A stretch of 49,180 nt of DNA, the filler included, from Bipalium vagum (Eukaryota): NCBI GenBank assembly GCA_037834085.1. It is 2 parts of 2 records of this genome, joined end to end, with 100 filler letters (N's around TTAATTAATTAA, not from the genome) between each part and the next. Parts side by side here need not be neighbours in the genome. Positions count along the whole stretch, not along the records: positions 26,610 to 49,180 come from JBBMKC010219798.1; 1 more part is not named here. The stretch is one strand, 5' to 3'. Shown piece by piece: positions 36,819 through 48,429 of this stretch. The translations under genes and the position numbers were made by a program. Under the pieces are notes generated by a model, which was given only the letters and a program-made list of their open reading frames with translations, was not told where the DNA came from and searched no databases. Every line of letters begins with the position of its first letter. The stretch's first letter is position 1.

Positions 36819-39800
36819 TCATGTTGAATTGGAAAAATATACATCATATTTGAGCAGAAATCTGATAAATTTATATTTACTTTTTATCGATTCCATCAAT
36901 ATCAGAATTTTCGTTGAGTTCGGATCTATCAAACTTCTAAACGGAATGAAATAGATCACGTGGTATTGGTAAAATTTGAACAGGACAGAATCTTTGAAAT
37001 TGTCAGAAATAACCGATGTTAAGTGATTGCCGATATTGGTCGATAAATATTCGCTGGTCAGGAAAATGGTCAAATAATAACCTATTTTCGACGCCTTGAT
37101 TGCATTGATAAACGTGCCGATGTAATCGAATTTTTTTTCAGCTATTATGGCTATATGAGTCAAAATGCTTCGCAGGTCCGATATTTCAGACGACGTGATG
37201 ATAATAGTACAATTGTTACTTTTGGCCCGTTCAATAAGACTGATCACTCCCTGTCTAGCCAATGAATCTAGATACGGCAAGGGATCGTCGAGAATGATTA
37301 TTTTTGGATAGCCTATTATTGCCAGAGCAATATCCAATTTCTTAACACTGTTTTTTGACAAATCCTTCACTCGTTTTTCCTTTTCCTCAATCAATAACAG
37401 AGTATTCAAAATTTCCAAAACAAAGCACTTCAAACTGTATTCCGGTAACAATTGTATCCGGCACCAATATGTCATTATTTCCTCAACAGTCAAATCAGGA
37501 ATGAAATACGGACTATCGGAACAATATCCGATTTTGATACCGAATTTCTTCCAGTCCAGCGACTCGATCAGATTGTTATACAAATAAACACCGCCGGTCG
37601 TCGATGATTTTCGGCCGAGAATTATATTCAACAAATTTGTTTTTCCACTGTAATTCCTACCAATTATTCCCCAAACAGTTCCCTGGGGAAATTCCACATT
37701 GAGGTCCTCGAAAATCAATTTTTTGTTCTGCACCAAAGAAATGTTTTTCAAATAGAGAAACGAGTTTTCATTTTCCAAAGTCGTCAATGGTTTTTGCTCG
37801 ATTGAGGCTCCTAGGGAATTTTTCAGCAGACCCAAAACGTGCTTGGTTCGATATTTTTGAAAATGCCACAAAAACATCGATGAAAAGTATACCAACCACT
37901 GACAGAAAAGCAACTGATTTAAAAATATCGCATCATCCTCATCCAGCTTTAGCCCGGCATTCAAAGTGGCAGCGGGAAAAATAATTTTGAACATATTCTC
38001 GACCCAATAAAATTCGATGTTCGTTGTTTTGACACCTCCGAAACTCATTTTTTGAATTTTTATCACATAGTTTATGAGATAAATGATGTTAAGATAAAAA
38101 ATGCTGAAAATGTCCAAAAACTTCATGAAAAAGCTGATGGTCGCCTTAAAACCTGTCACATAGTCGACCAGCAGTTTTAAGGAAGAGTCTGCCAGCACAA
38201 ATAAAAAGTAAATCGATACTATGTACAACGGTGTACCGACCATCACTGTCAAATTGTGGTCGTCCATTACGTAAAGAAATAGAATCATGAAAATCATAAT
38301 CAATAAATTAAGACAAACGTCCAAAAAGTATATCGGCAAATACAAAAGCGTCACATGTACCCCGGCCAATTTGTGGATCATGTAAAACCGTTGCTGGACG
38401 CTCTGTGAAACGTACCGATACGCCGTTACGGAATAGGCACACAAAATAACCATAATCAAAACAAGCAGGTAATTGAGTTCCACTGCACCTAGTTGGACTT
38501 GAAGATCGATTCTTTCAAATTGCGTGATGGCGATTTCTTTAGGAGAAATGAGAATGTTGTCCACAATGTTATAGGCAAAGATTCGATTTTTGTAATCATT
38601 GGCCATGACAATGGCTTTCGTTATCTTGTTTTTGTCTTTTTTGTTATAGCTATTAGCACCAATGTAATAAATGGCAAACAGAGTTGAATTATTGTACTCG
38701 AGATAATCGATTTCTCCTTGCTCGAAAAGATAGTTCTGAAATTTCAGAAATCCAGCCGTTTCGTTAGACTGGTCAAAGTGCTTTGTGTTGACTGTTGAAA
38801 TGACTTTGACACTTTTTTGAGTGGTCATAAACAAATATTCACACTGTTCAACGTTTCCTTGGCAACCAATAAATATTTTATGATTTTCATTGATTTCTTC
38901 CAAATAAGTGATGGCCGAGTATCCATTGTCCATAAGAAAGTTTGTTGTGTGGTTAAAACTGACTACGCCAGTCCAAATTATGAAAATGATTATGGGGATG
39001 GCAAATCGCATCACCAACCGATTGGGATAACAGAAATAAACGTTCAATCTTTGCATTAAAATGAGCGACAAGTACCGCCGGTAAAGTAGCGATGTCCGAT
39101 GGATTTTTTTCGGCAAAACGTCGATCTTACAGTACGTCATGCGTCTTTTGTTCTTCAATTTCATATAATAATCATACGCATTGGACAGAAAATGTCTCAT
39201 GCCAATCGAAACGAACTTGTAACGCCATAATCCGAGTCGAGAGCCGTGGAAATTCAATTTGTTGAATAGGTCCCACAATTCGTTCACGGACATTTGTGGC
39301 ACATCGAAATATGCGACGCCGTCGGTGGTTTCGTTGTGTTTGATGACGGGAAAGGTAAGTTTCATGTAGCGGATGAACGTGTAATCGCCAATATCCGGTT
39401 CGACAGAGCAAAGTAATTTGTAAACCATTCGATTGATGGTGATGTTCTCCACATCGATTTGCGAAATGGCTCTGCCCTCGATTATCACGATGACGCTATC
39501 TGTTACGTATTCGATAACATCGGAATTGCAGCAAGTGTAAATGATGGTTTTCGATGATTTCTGATGGGCGAATAGAGCGTAAACGTTTTGCATGGAAACG
39601 AAGTCCAACCCATCGACAGGATCATCCAGCAAAACGATCGGCTTTTCTGACAGAAAACAGCAGGCAATACTTACCATTCGGATGACGGATATTGGACAAT
39701 TTCTCAAAAGATCATTCAAATATTGACCCAGCTTTAACATATCGATAAAGATAACCAATCGCTGTGATAAAACTTCGAAATTGGTTCTCTTTCTCTGAAG

Positions 39801-41552
39801 AATCAGTTTGAAATATTCTGACACCGTCAAGAAACTTAGCAGTCTAACATCGTCGACATATTTACTGATGTAACTGTAGGCCTCTTTTCGGTGAGTGACA
39901 ACACTTTTCCCTTTTATGATAACGTTTCCGCTGTTGAATGAATAAGCACCTGCAATGATATTGAGTAAAGTGCTCTTTCCAGAACCGTTTGGTCCGAGTA
40001 TGCTGGTGATTTTGTTCTCTCGGAATTTCACATTGACTCTTTTGAGAATGTTTTTCGATTTCCCGTTGACCTTGAACGATTTCACCACGTTGTGAACTGT
40101 GATTATATAATCTGATTTGGAAAAAATGATGTGACCATCAGTGTCGATTACAGATTTCGAAGGGTTGATGTTTTCGAATTTTGGTTTCTTCTTTCGGATC
40201 TTTTTCGTGATTTTCGAAAATTTGCTTTGATACGACTTCCATGTTTTCATCTTACGACCTTTTATTATGTAGATCTTTTTTTTCAGAAAATTATTGAACA
40301 AAATAACCAAAACATAGGCTATGATATGGACAACCTGAAAAAACAGTGCGACAACAACACCAAAACATTTCTCAGAATATTCATGAAACATGTCTGAATT
40401 ATCGATAAAAAACCGGAATTCAGATTGAAGATTCTCCAGAAATATCAGTGACCAACTGACAGCAAACAGCGGTGACAAGCATGTCAGATATTGGAACATG
40501 CAATTCATCCCGCCCTGCTGATTGAATGAGAACACATACAACAGCTGGGGAACCATAATCATCCCCAGGAAATAGAGAATATTGTACGTACTCATGTCCA
40601 GCTCACACAACACGATTCCAAACATTATAATTGTGTTGGTGTTTATTAGAAATATGATCAACAAAATATACCACGGAATACTGTAAATAATTCTCGAATT
40701 AAAATAGTCGGTACACAAAGTAAAACTAGTACAAATATAAATAACACAACACAAAATCTGATAAAGACCGATTATTATCATATAATTGATCACGGCGTAC
40801 CCCCCTTTCTGTGGAAACAAAGATTGAGAGCTCAAGTGTCTGATGTTCTTTAAATGCAAAACAACACAGCCGAATATTAGATAATAAAACATCATCTGAA
40901 TTGACGGCCACTGAATTTCCAAAAATAGAGAGTTTGGCAAGCCAGATATGAGGATTTCGGGAATTTTTTCTTCTGGATAGTTGGAAAATAATGCGCATTT
41001 TACAACATAGAGAAGCGTCAAATAAACTGACTTGACGTCTTTCGATAATGAAAGCTCAGAGCCATATCGACCTTTAATATTTGACGCGAATGTCAAACGA
41101 TTTACGTGGTAATTGGAAAATGTCATGTTGAGAAAAGTTAAATCTTGTAACACAACATTTTCTATTACGGTGAAGTTCAAAATTTGATAGTCTAAGTAGG
41201 TATATTCGAAATAAAGCAACGTTTTCCATGTTTCGATGATGGGAATTACACTAAAGGCATTTGGAAATGCTTTTACCTCATTTGGAAACGCTAGTTCTTG
41301 AAACATTTTTGTCAAAATTGGATTGATTGGAACGTATAATATATACAATCTAGGTCTAGGAAATAATTTACTACATTCCAAAGGCAGAAATTGAGGTCTT
41401 ATTGGTTTTAAAATACCACGGAAATGTATCATTAATAATGGATTGAGAAATGCAAACATGAGAAGAAAGGGAAAATAATTTTTGCAGTATAATAAATTTA
41501 GTTTCAAAAACAAACCTGTTATACGAATAGTCCAAAATATCTTATTTTTCAT
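36819..41552 (-). CDS. Full-size ABCA-subfamily transporter-like protein, single exon, degenerate NBDs
   Basis: Uninterrupted 1577-aa ORF with TMD-NBD-R-TMD-NBD-R layout, each half having one TM helix, an extracellular loop, then a TM bundle. Walker A GPNGSGKST and GRNYSGKT; Walker B LLDDP and ILDDP. Confidence 0.92.
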   Translation of the reverse strand: MKNKIFWTIRITGLFLKLNLLYCKNYFPFLLMFAFLNPLLMIHFRGILKPIRPQFLPLECSKLFPRPRLYILYVPINPILTKMFQELAFPNEVKAFPNAFSVIPIIETWKTLLYFEYTYLDYQILNFTVIENVVLQDLTFLNMTFSNYHVNRLTFASNIKGRYGSELSLSKDVKSVYLTLLYVVKCALFSNYPEEKIPEILISGLPNSLFLEIQWPSIQMMFYYLIFGCVVLHLKNIRHLSSQSLFPQKGGYAVINYMIIIGLYQILCCVIYICTSFTLCTDYFNSRIIYSIPWYILLIIFLINTNTIIMFGIVLCELDMSTYNILYFLGMIMVPQLLYVFSFNQQGGMNCMFQYLTCLSPLFAVSWSLIFLENLQSEFRFFIDNSDMFHEYSEKCFGVVVALFFQVVHIIAYVLVILFNNFLKKKIYIIKGRKMKTWKSYQSKFSKITKKIRKKKPKFENINPSKSVIDTDGHIIFSKSDYIITVHNVVKSFKVNGKSKNILKRVNVKFRENKITSILGPNGSGKSTLLNIIAGAYSFNSGNVIIKGKSVVTHRKEAYSYISKYVDDVRLLSFLTVSEYFKLILQRKRTNFEVLSQRLVIFIDMLKLGQYLNDLLRNCPISVIRMVSIACCFLSEKPIVLLDDPVDGLDFVSMQNVYALFAHQKSSKTIIYTCCNSDVIEYVTDSVIVIIEGRAISQIDVENITINRMVYKLLCSVEPDIGDYTFIRYMKLTFPVIKHNETTDGVAYFDVPQMSVNELWDLFNKLNFHGSRLGLWRYKFVSIGMRHFLSNAYDYYMKLKNKRRMTYCKIDVLPKKIHRTSLLYRRYLSLILMQRLNVYFCYPNRLVMRFAIPIIIFIIWTGVVSFNHTTNFLMDNGYSAITYLEEINENHKIFIGCQGNVEQCEYLFMTTQKSVKVISTVNTKHFDQSNETAGFLKFQNYLFEQGEIDYLEYNNSTLFAIYYIGANSYNKKDKNKITKAIVMANDYKNRIFAYNIVDNILISPKEIAITQFERIDLQVQLGAVELNYLLVLIMVILCAYSVTAYRYVSQSVQQRFYMIHKLAGVHVTLLYLPIYFLDVCLNLLIMIFMILFLYVMDDHNLTVMVGTPLYIVSIYFLFVLADSSLKLLVDYVTGFKATISFFMKFLDIFSIFYLNIIYLINYVIKIQKMSFGGVKTTNIEFYWVENMFKIIFPAATLNAGLKLDEDDAIFLNQLLFCQWLVYFSSMFLWHFQKYRTKHVLGLLKNSLGASIEQKPLTTLENENSFLYLKNISLVQNKKLIFEDLNVEFPQGTVWGIIGRNYSGKTNLLNIILGRKSSTTGGVYLYNNLIESLDWKKFGIKIGYCSDSPYFIPDLTVEEIMTYWCRIQLLPEYSLKCFVLEILNTLLLIEEKEKRVKDLSKNSVKKLDIALAIIGYPKIIILDDPLPYLDSLARQGVISLIERAKSNNCTIIITSSEISDLRSILTHIAIIAEKKFDYIGTFINAIKASKIGYYLTIFLTSEYLSTNIGNHLTSVISDNFKDSVLFKFYQYHVIYFIPFRSLIDPNSTKILILMESIKSKYKFIRFLLKYDVYFSNST

Positions 41553-41942
41553 TTAAAATACAATTACTGTAAAAGGCACAGTTAAACAATAATTAGTGGT
41601 ATAAAACCATTTCAAACATTTTTCAGAAGTAAAATGTCTTATTATAAAATATATTCTCCTCTTTAATCATAATTTAAAAATTTGATTTCAAAGAGAAATT
41701 AAATTAGATAAATTTATTTCAAAATAATAAATAAAATAGTTCTTATTAATCTTTTATTAACTATTGTTAATTTTAAAAATTTTTATTAATTTAAATTGCT
41801 TTATTGAAATAATACTTAAAGAAAATCCAATGTAGTTCAAAATATTCACGATTTTATCAAAATTTACATTTGTGTTTGCCTGCAAATTGTGTGTTCTGTT
41901 TGTAAAGTCGGTTAGAAATAAAAAATATTTTTATTGTTACTA

Positions 41943-43227
41943 TTAGGCTGTAAATTAATTTTTCTTGATTTTTTACAAAATATTAAGTAAAATAATTTAT
42001 TTAAGAATAATAATTAAAATCATTCGATAACATAATTTCCGTCATTTCTTAAGACCTTCTCCCATTTTCCACCATTTTTTAGAAATCTTTATTCCAGAAA
42101 TTGATAGATTTGCTATGACAGAAATTTGTGATCCAAATTTTAAGATCATGCTCGTTCTAAAAAGTAATATCATCTTTGATTTGGTTTGACAGCGAGCGGA
42201 AAAAATATAAATCTGTTGGTCCAAGGTCTGGAGAATACGGAGAGTATTGAAGAACCTACTACATGAGTTCTTGGAAGATGGTTTTGGAATTATTTTCTGT
42301 GTGGTCTGGCGTTATCATGGGGAAGAATCACTTTGGCTCTTTTATATTGGTATTTCACTTTAATAATGTAGATTACTCGACGAACTTGGTTTATGTATCG
42401 GAGCTTATGACTGTCTTATCTTGTAGGATCATTTCCCAGTGTATCCGACAATCAAAATTCTGCCAAACACAGATCATAATTTTTATTGGATGCAACTCTG
42501 GTGTACCTGTGCAACCAGGAGTCACCCGCTCCTTCATATATAGGCATCATTATCATCCCTTGTTATGATTCGATGAAGACAACGCTCTTTGCGCCGCGTG
42601 TTACTAGGTGTCTTGCAATTTTTAAAAAACTTTCTCTGAGTTTTTCATTGAGGTGATATGGTGCACAGGAACCAATTTTTCGACAATAACCATTTGATTT
42701 TAGGTGGCAGAAGACTGTCATTGGATTGCGGTTCATCTTATGTGACAATTTCCTTCGTGTTTTATGATCGTTACAGTTTGATTATTTAACTTGTACTATG
42801 TAATATTTGCAGATGTTATTCCTTAAATGATCATCTGAACATATTGATCGTAAACTCCTGTTATAAAGATTTGCTAGACCTTTTTAATCATTTGTTTCAT
42901 TAAAGTAATCATTAAAGTTTCTTTTTGAATATATAGACTATGCTTTTTAAATTTATAAAAGTATCACAAATTTTACAATATAACTTGTTTTGAGAATGAT
43001 ACACGAATTCATCATTATAAATCTTTACATGCGGTATAATTGACTCTTTATCACTCTTTAGATTTCGGCATTATATGGAATTTTAAAAAAATTATTGAAA
43101 CAAATTTTAAATTTTAAAATAGCATTTTAAAACTGTAATAATAAATAAAAAAGGTATTTATATGGCATTTAACTTGCTCTAACGATACCATTTTCGAGAT
43201 CAAGGATTTTATTATTTTTTGGCCTAA
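41943..43227 (-). mobile_element. Degenerate mariner element (about 1.28 kb)
   Basis: 'TVFCHLKSNGYCRKIGSCAPYHLNEK', 'VILPHDNARPH', 'PYSPDLGPTDLYFFRSLSN'; both ends read TA-TTAGGC. Confidence 0.85.
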
Positions 43228-43544
43228 TATTTTCTTTGGTTTGTATTCTTCCTATTGTATAGTGTATGTGTGTATGAATATTCTGTAAGAGCCTGATTAG
43301 ATGATCTTGAATACTCATGATCTAAATACAGTCAATTTAATTTATTTCCTTCAATTTTAATTTTCTAGAATTATTTAATAATATAAAATTAAGTTATTAC
43401 ATTATAAATTATTTTGTTATTTTATTATAAAAGTTTTGGAAATTATGTTATAGTGCATTAAATTATTATATACCAGATTGAGGGAAAAGTATTGAATTCC
43501 CTCTTTTATTGAATCCCATGACATGATCTTTTTCAGGTACGGTA

Positions 43545-43972
43545 TAAAAAAATTCATAGGACATTGGCAAAGTGTAGTAAATGCCAAATGGTACATATTT
43601 TGATTACTAAAATTAGGAACTGGTTTATTAATATATGTTTCTGTTACAACATCAGCTGTTGGGGCCGTACAATTATTTATTGGAGAAACAATTCGTAAAG
43701 GTATTTCGAAAGAAAAAAAGAAAAATAAAGAAATTTGTAAAATATTAGAATCATCAATTAATAAACGTTATATATATATATATTTTAAAAGCATCAGAAG
43801 ATAAAATTTTAACTATTGAAGAGAACAAGCAAAAATGATAATTGATGAATGTAAAGAAAATATTGAAAAATTAAAATCAGGAAATATTATTGAAAAACGT
43901 AATAAAGAAGTTAAAAAAGAATTGAAAAATAAACTTAAAGAAGAATATAAAGAAAAGAAAAAGAAGTTTTAA
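43545..43972 (+). pseudogene. Maverick accessory membrane protein (PW/'gasderminX'-like), decayed
   Basis: Hydrophobic 'LGTGLLIYVSVTTSAVGAVQLFIG' followed by 'KKNKEICKILESSINK...KASEDKILTIEE...IIDE', resembling the K..EI..LA.SK.N.I...ISKAL.D..IS.EEF pattern. Confidence 0.55.
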
Positions 43973-43974
43973 TT

Positions 43975-45020
43975 TTTTTCTCTAAAGTATTATAATGCTC
44001 ACTTCCAAAATGTTTCTTCTTCTTCTACAATTTTCTTTATTTCACTAAAATTATTTTTTATATTTATTTTGATTGAAAGGAAACCATTAATCTTAATTTA
44101 ACTAATTATTGATTGAAAAGTATCCTTTTTTAATCTCATTTCTTTCCAATACATTGGACCATCCATAGAAACAATCGATGGAACAGTAAGAGTTAATAAT
44201 GAATTGTTATAATCAAAAGAATGAATTTTTATTACACTGGAATATCCATCGTCTATAATGAATTAGTTAATCAGTATTATTATTCTTATTATAAAGGTCT
44301 CTAAAATACATCAGATCTTTTTCCTCTGGAGAATAATATTCAATGTTGGTGTTACTTCTTTGTTCATCATTATCATCATAAATTATACATTCATTATAAA
44401 TACCATTTTGTGTAAGATAAGAAGTATTTGTTTCTGAAGTAGTTTTCCAATATATTTCATTATTTTCAATAACCTTTTTAATTATAGCAAATTTACAATT
44501 ACAGTAATATAGTGAGATTGATAGTAACCTAAATCTTGGATATTCACGAGATATATTTTTTAGATTTAATGCAAAATAGAAATCTGATTTTTGATAAGTA
44601 TATCCTTACTCAATAAATATTTTTGATTTCTTTAAATGAATGATATAGGTAGTGTAAATGTTTATACATACCACTAATATTTATTTTTTTAAAAAGAGTA
44701 TTATTTATTAAATGGTTTTGATTGTGTAAATATGTTTTAAGTTGATCTACAAGTTTCTATTCTTCTTCTAAACATGTATCGATTGTTAATATATTTTTAC
44801 ATATCTTTACATTATTTATTTGATTTAATAAATTTGATTTTAAATATTGTTCTACTTCTTCTATTTTCTTATCCTTATCTTGTTTATTAGCGTCATCTTT
44901 ATTAACATTATCTTTCTCAACTTTAGCTTTCTTAACATGAACATAATTAAGTATGGCTTTCTCATTTAATGTTAATATTTTCTAATTTTCTAATTTATTA
45001 ATTGCATTAATGATGTCTAT
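43975..45020 (-). pseudogene. Decayed Maverick ORF(s), possibly PZ-like
   Basis: Coding-like minus-strand frames ('EYYSPEEKDLMYFRDLYNKN', 'LLLTVPSIVSMDGPMYWKEMRL') inside the element; assignment uncertain. Confidence 0.35.
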
Positions 45021-45188
45021 CTTTAGAATGTTTAATAAAAATGTGTTTTATTTTGTTAAAGTCATTCAAAAGTATATACATTTTTAATATATTAATTTTT
45101 AATATATTAATTTTAATATATTTATTTTAATATATTTATTTTTAATATATTTTTCATTTATTATTATTATAATTATATAAAAAATATA

Positions 45189-47335
45189 ATGAATAAAATG
45201 AGTGAATATAAATGTGAAATTTGTCATCAAATTTTTAAAACATCACATGCATTAAGTGAACATAAAAAATCAAAAAAACATTTATTTCATCTAATTTCAG
45301 TTCAAGTGCCTTTATTAAATAATGTTAATTTAAGGAATGAAGATGACAATGCTTCTCAATTTAAAATATAAGAAAAACGTTTCATGATATTTCTTCACCA
45401 AATATTACGATAATAAAATATGTAATAAATAATAAAGATAATATAATGAAGAGTTTTATTTAGTTGCCAGGTAATCATAAACAATCTGGCTTTTAAATTC
45501 AAAAAATTGACCTACTTTCAATGACTTTGGAATCTACATAGATACATAATTTTCGACATTAGAATTAGAACACCGCTCAAAAGTATTAGGCAGGTACTTG
45601 AATTTTTAAATATAATACAAGTAGATCATTTTCACAAGGATTTATTGTTTTAAAAAAGTTTATTTAGATTATAAAAATCTCCATTTTATGTTAAATATAA
45701 ATAATAAAGATAATATAATGAATTATTTACAAAACATGTTAAATTTTAAAAAATTAAATATCAATTTATAGTTAATGTTACGATAATTAATACTAGAGAT
45801 AATGAATTCATTACAAAAAATTGAGTCTGATCAGATTATAAATTTAAATAGAAATATAACAGAGGATGACATGATAAAAGGTATTTCTAATTATCAAGAA
45901 TTTTTGGATAGAGAAATAGATAGAGTACAATGATCAGGATGGATAATTGACAAATATAAATAAATTCAATAAAGGGGGGTTCTTTTATAGAATAACATTT
46001 TGGAAGTAATTGTTTTGTTAATACAAAAACACATAATAAATGTTTTCAATATTGTGTATTAGCTCATTTAAATCCCTTAAAAAAATGCTAATGATCCAAA
46101 TAGATATACTTATGATACTGAATTATTTAAAGAATTAAATAAGTCTACACCAGGAAATAATTGGGTTTCAATTAATGATATGTAACAATTTGAAAAAAAG
46201 ATAAACATACCAATAAATGTATATGAATTAATGGGTAAGGGAATGTAAGAGAAAACTATAAAACAGATTTAATATATTATTCAGATTTGAATGAGAAATT
46301 AAAGAGTCTATTGACCTCTTATTACTATCCAACAAAGTTGACATTCCTTCGGAAACATCCAACAAAAATGGAATAATAATTATCATTATGTTTTAATTAA
46401 ACATTTTCAAAGAGACGTGTATGGAGAAATAGGATATAATTTACGTCCAAGGGAAGAGATAAAATTTTTTAAGAGGTATTTGAATATCAAACAACTTTAA
46501 AAGCTCATGAAAATCATAAAAGATTATGTATAGATCATAAACCAGCTAAGGTAAACATGCCAAATACTGAATTCAATAAATTTAAAGGTTATAATAATAT
46601 CTTAAATTTTAATAATTATTCAAAAATGATTAGAGTACCATTTATCATAGTGCGTGATATTGAAGCTATTAATATACCTATTCATAATGTAAGAAAAATA
46701 GAACAGACGAAGTCTGCTTTAAGTTTAGTTAACAAAAAAAACAGTGGGGATCTTCTCGAAGAGAATCCAACTTCGTTGGATCTCTTTAATCAAGTACCCT
46801 CGTGCATACATGCTAAATTAATTTCTAAATATCCAGAATTTAAAGAGAAGGAAATTATTATATTTACACGAGAATACTGTGAAAAAGATTTTGTTAAATG
46901 CTTAAATGAAAAGGAAAAAGAATTAAGTGAACTATTAAAAGTAAATATAAAAATGAAAATGAGTGAAGAAGATCCAACGAAGTTGTATCTACAAAGTTAA
47001 GATAAAGTTAATTTTAATAATGCAACAGAATGTATATACTGTAATAAAAGTGTTACAACTGCAAAATATAAATCAAAGGTTATAGATCATGATCACTCCA
47101 ATGGAAGATATAGAGGAGCAGCTCATTACGCATGTAATTTATTAGCTAAAAACCATCTCATATACCCATTTATTTTTATAATGAAAGTAAATATGATTTT
47201 CATTTAATTATAAGAGTTAGGTGAACAAGCAATTCATAAAATTGATACTATACCTTTAACAGATGAAACATACATTAGTTTTAAGTAAGGATGTATTCAA
47301 TTTATGGATTCTTTAAGAATGTTTCAATCAAGTAT
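45189..47335 (+). pseudogene. Maverick protein-primed DNA polymerase B, 5' half (C2H2 finger, exonuclease, endonuclease VII insert)
   Basis: 'YKCEICHQIF...LSEHKKSKKH', 'SGWII...KGGSFI', 'KCFQYCVLAHLNP', 'YHYVLIK', ExoI-like 'VPFIIVRDIEA', 'CIYC...VIDHDHSNGRYRGAAHYACNL', 'KYDFHLII', 'FMDSLRMF'. Polymerase domain absent. Confidence 0.9.
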
Positions 47336-47369
47336 TTCTTTTTTCATATCCTTTATTATTTTCATATAC

Positions 47370-47765
47370 TTTTTTTTCATCTAATATCCATCCAAAATTT
47401 TCTCCATCATTATTTTTATCAGTCATTACAAAATTAGTAATTGAATTTGATGCTCTTAAATATTCAATTCTTTCAATAGGAACTGATCCTAATATTAAAA
47501 TTGCATTTGTAAATAAATATGGGAAGAAATTGTTTTCTAAAGTTATATCATCACCTGTTTTTATATCTTCAATTTAAAATTTATAACTTAATAAGGCTTC
47601 TGATAATTCTAAAACATTTGCTTTATTGTTTAAATCAAATGTTAAAGTGCTATCTATGTTTAAATTTGCTGATGTTGCTGTATTTAATGATATAGATGTA
47701 TAATGACGTTTTTGTACTATTAAATCTTAGTGGTAAATATTTTTGTTAAAATTTAGTTTTGTCAG
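47370..47765 (-). pseudogene. Maverick major capsid protein, 5' fragment
   Basis: 'ANLNIDSTLTFDL...ITLENNFFPYLFTNAILILGSVPIERIE' matches the NN...LF.....L....IE motif of Maverick double-jelly-roll capsid proteins. Confidence 0.75.
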
Positions 47766-47799
47766 TTTTTTATAAATAAATATAATGAAAGTGAACCTT

Positions 47800-48418
47800 T
47801 GGTTCTACAGACTTTGTCCTCATTATTTTTATTCAAATGCAGATGGTGAAATATTTTTATCATCTAAATTAATAAATAAATATTTATATTTTCCTTTCAT
47901 ATGAAAGTTGAACAGATAAACAAATTTATCTTTCGCCATAAAAGTTGCTAACATATCATCATAAATATTATTTTAATCTCTTTTTGATATTTTAAATAAA
48001 ATTAATACATTATAATTATTTCTTATACTTTTTATATCTAACTGATAATATGATTGAGATAAATAAATAATAGAATATGTATGGTGTCTTCCTCTAGTAA
48101 AATACATTTGATAAGATGTTGGTTTTTTTCATTTATTACATCATCAACATTTATTAATTTTTTTCTATTTTTATCCAATTTATTTAGTGGATGAATTTCA
48201 TCTGCTTTATCACTTAATATCACATTAATTGATTTTTGTTTATACTCATAGTCTTCCTCATGAAATTTTATTTTCTTTTTTTCTATAAACATTTGATAAA
48301 CATCTTCTTTCAAAAATCCACAACTAAAACCATCTCTAAATATTGAAGGTAAATTTTTATGATTATTAATTTTTATAGAATTATCATTTAAGAAATCAGA
48401 ACAAAGGTTTTCATCCAT
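47800..48418 (-). pseudogene. Maverick A32/FtsK-like packaging ATPase, decayed
   Basis: Walker B-like 'LINVDDVINEKNQ', then after a frameshift 'FTRGRHHTYSIIYLSQSYYQL...IRNN...LILFK'. Walker A lost. Confidence 0.85.
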
Positions 48419-48429
48419 TTTTTAAAATT

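Noticed and set aside
37787-40998. Short ORFs overlapping the ABCA gene
   Set aside because: Shadow frames of a long, GC-richer CDS with no motifs.
45189-45371. Stand-alone host C2H2 zinc-finger gene
   Set aside because: Collinear with and upstream of the Maverick PolB remnant; better explained as its N-terminus.
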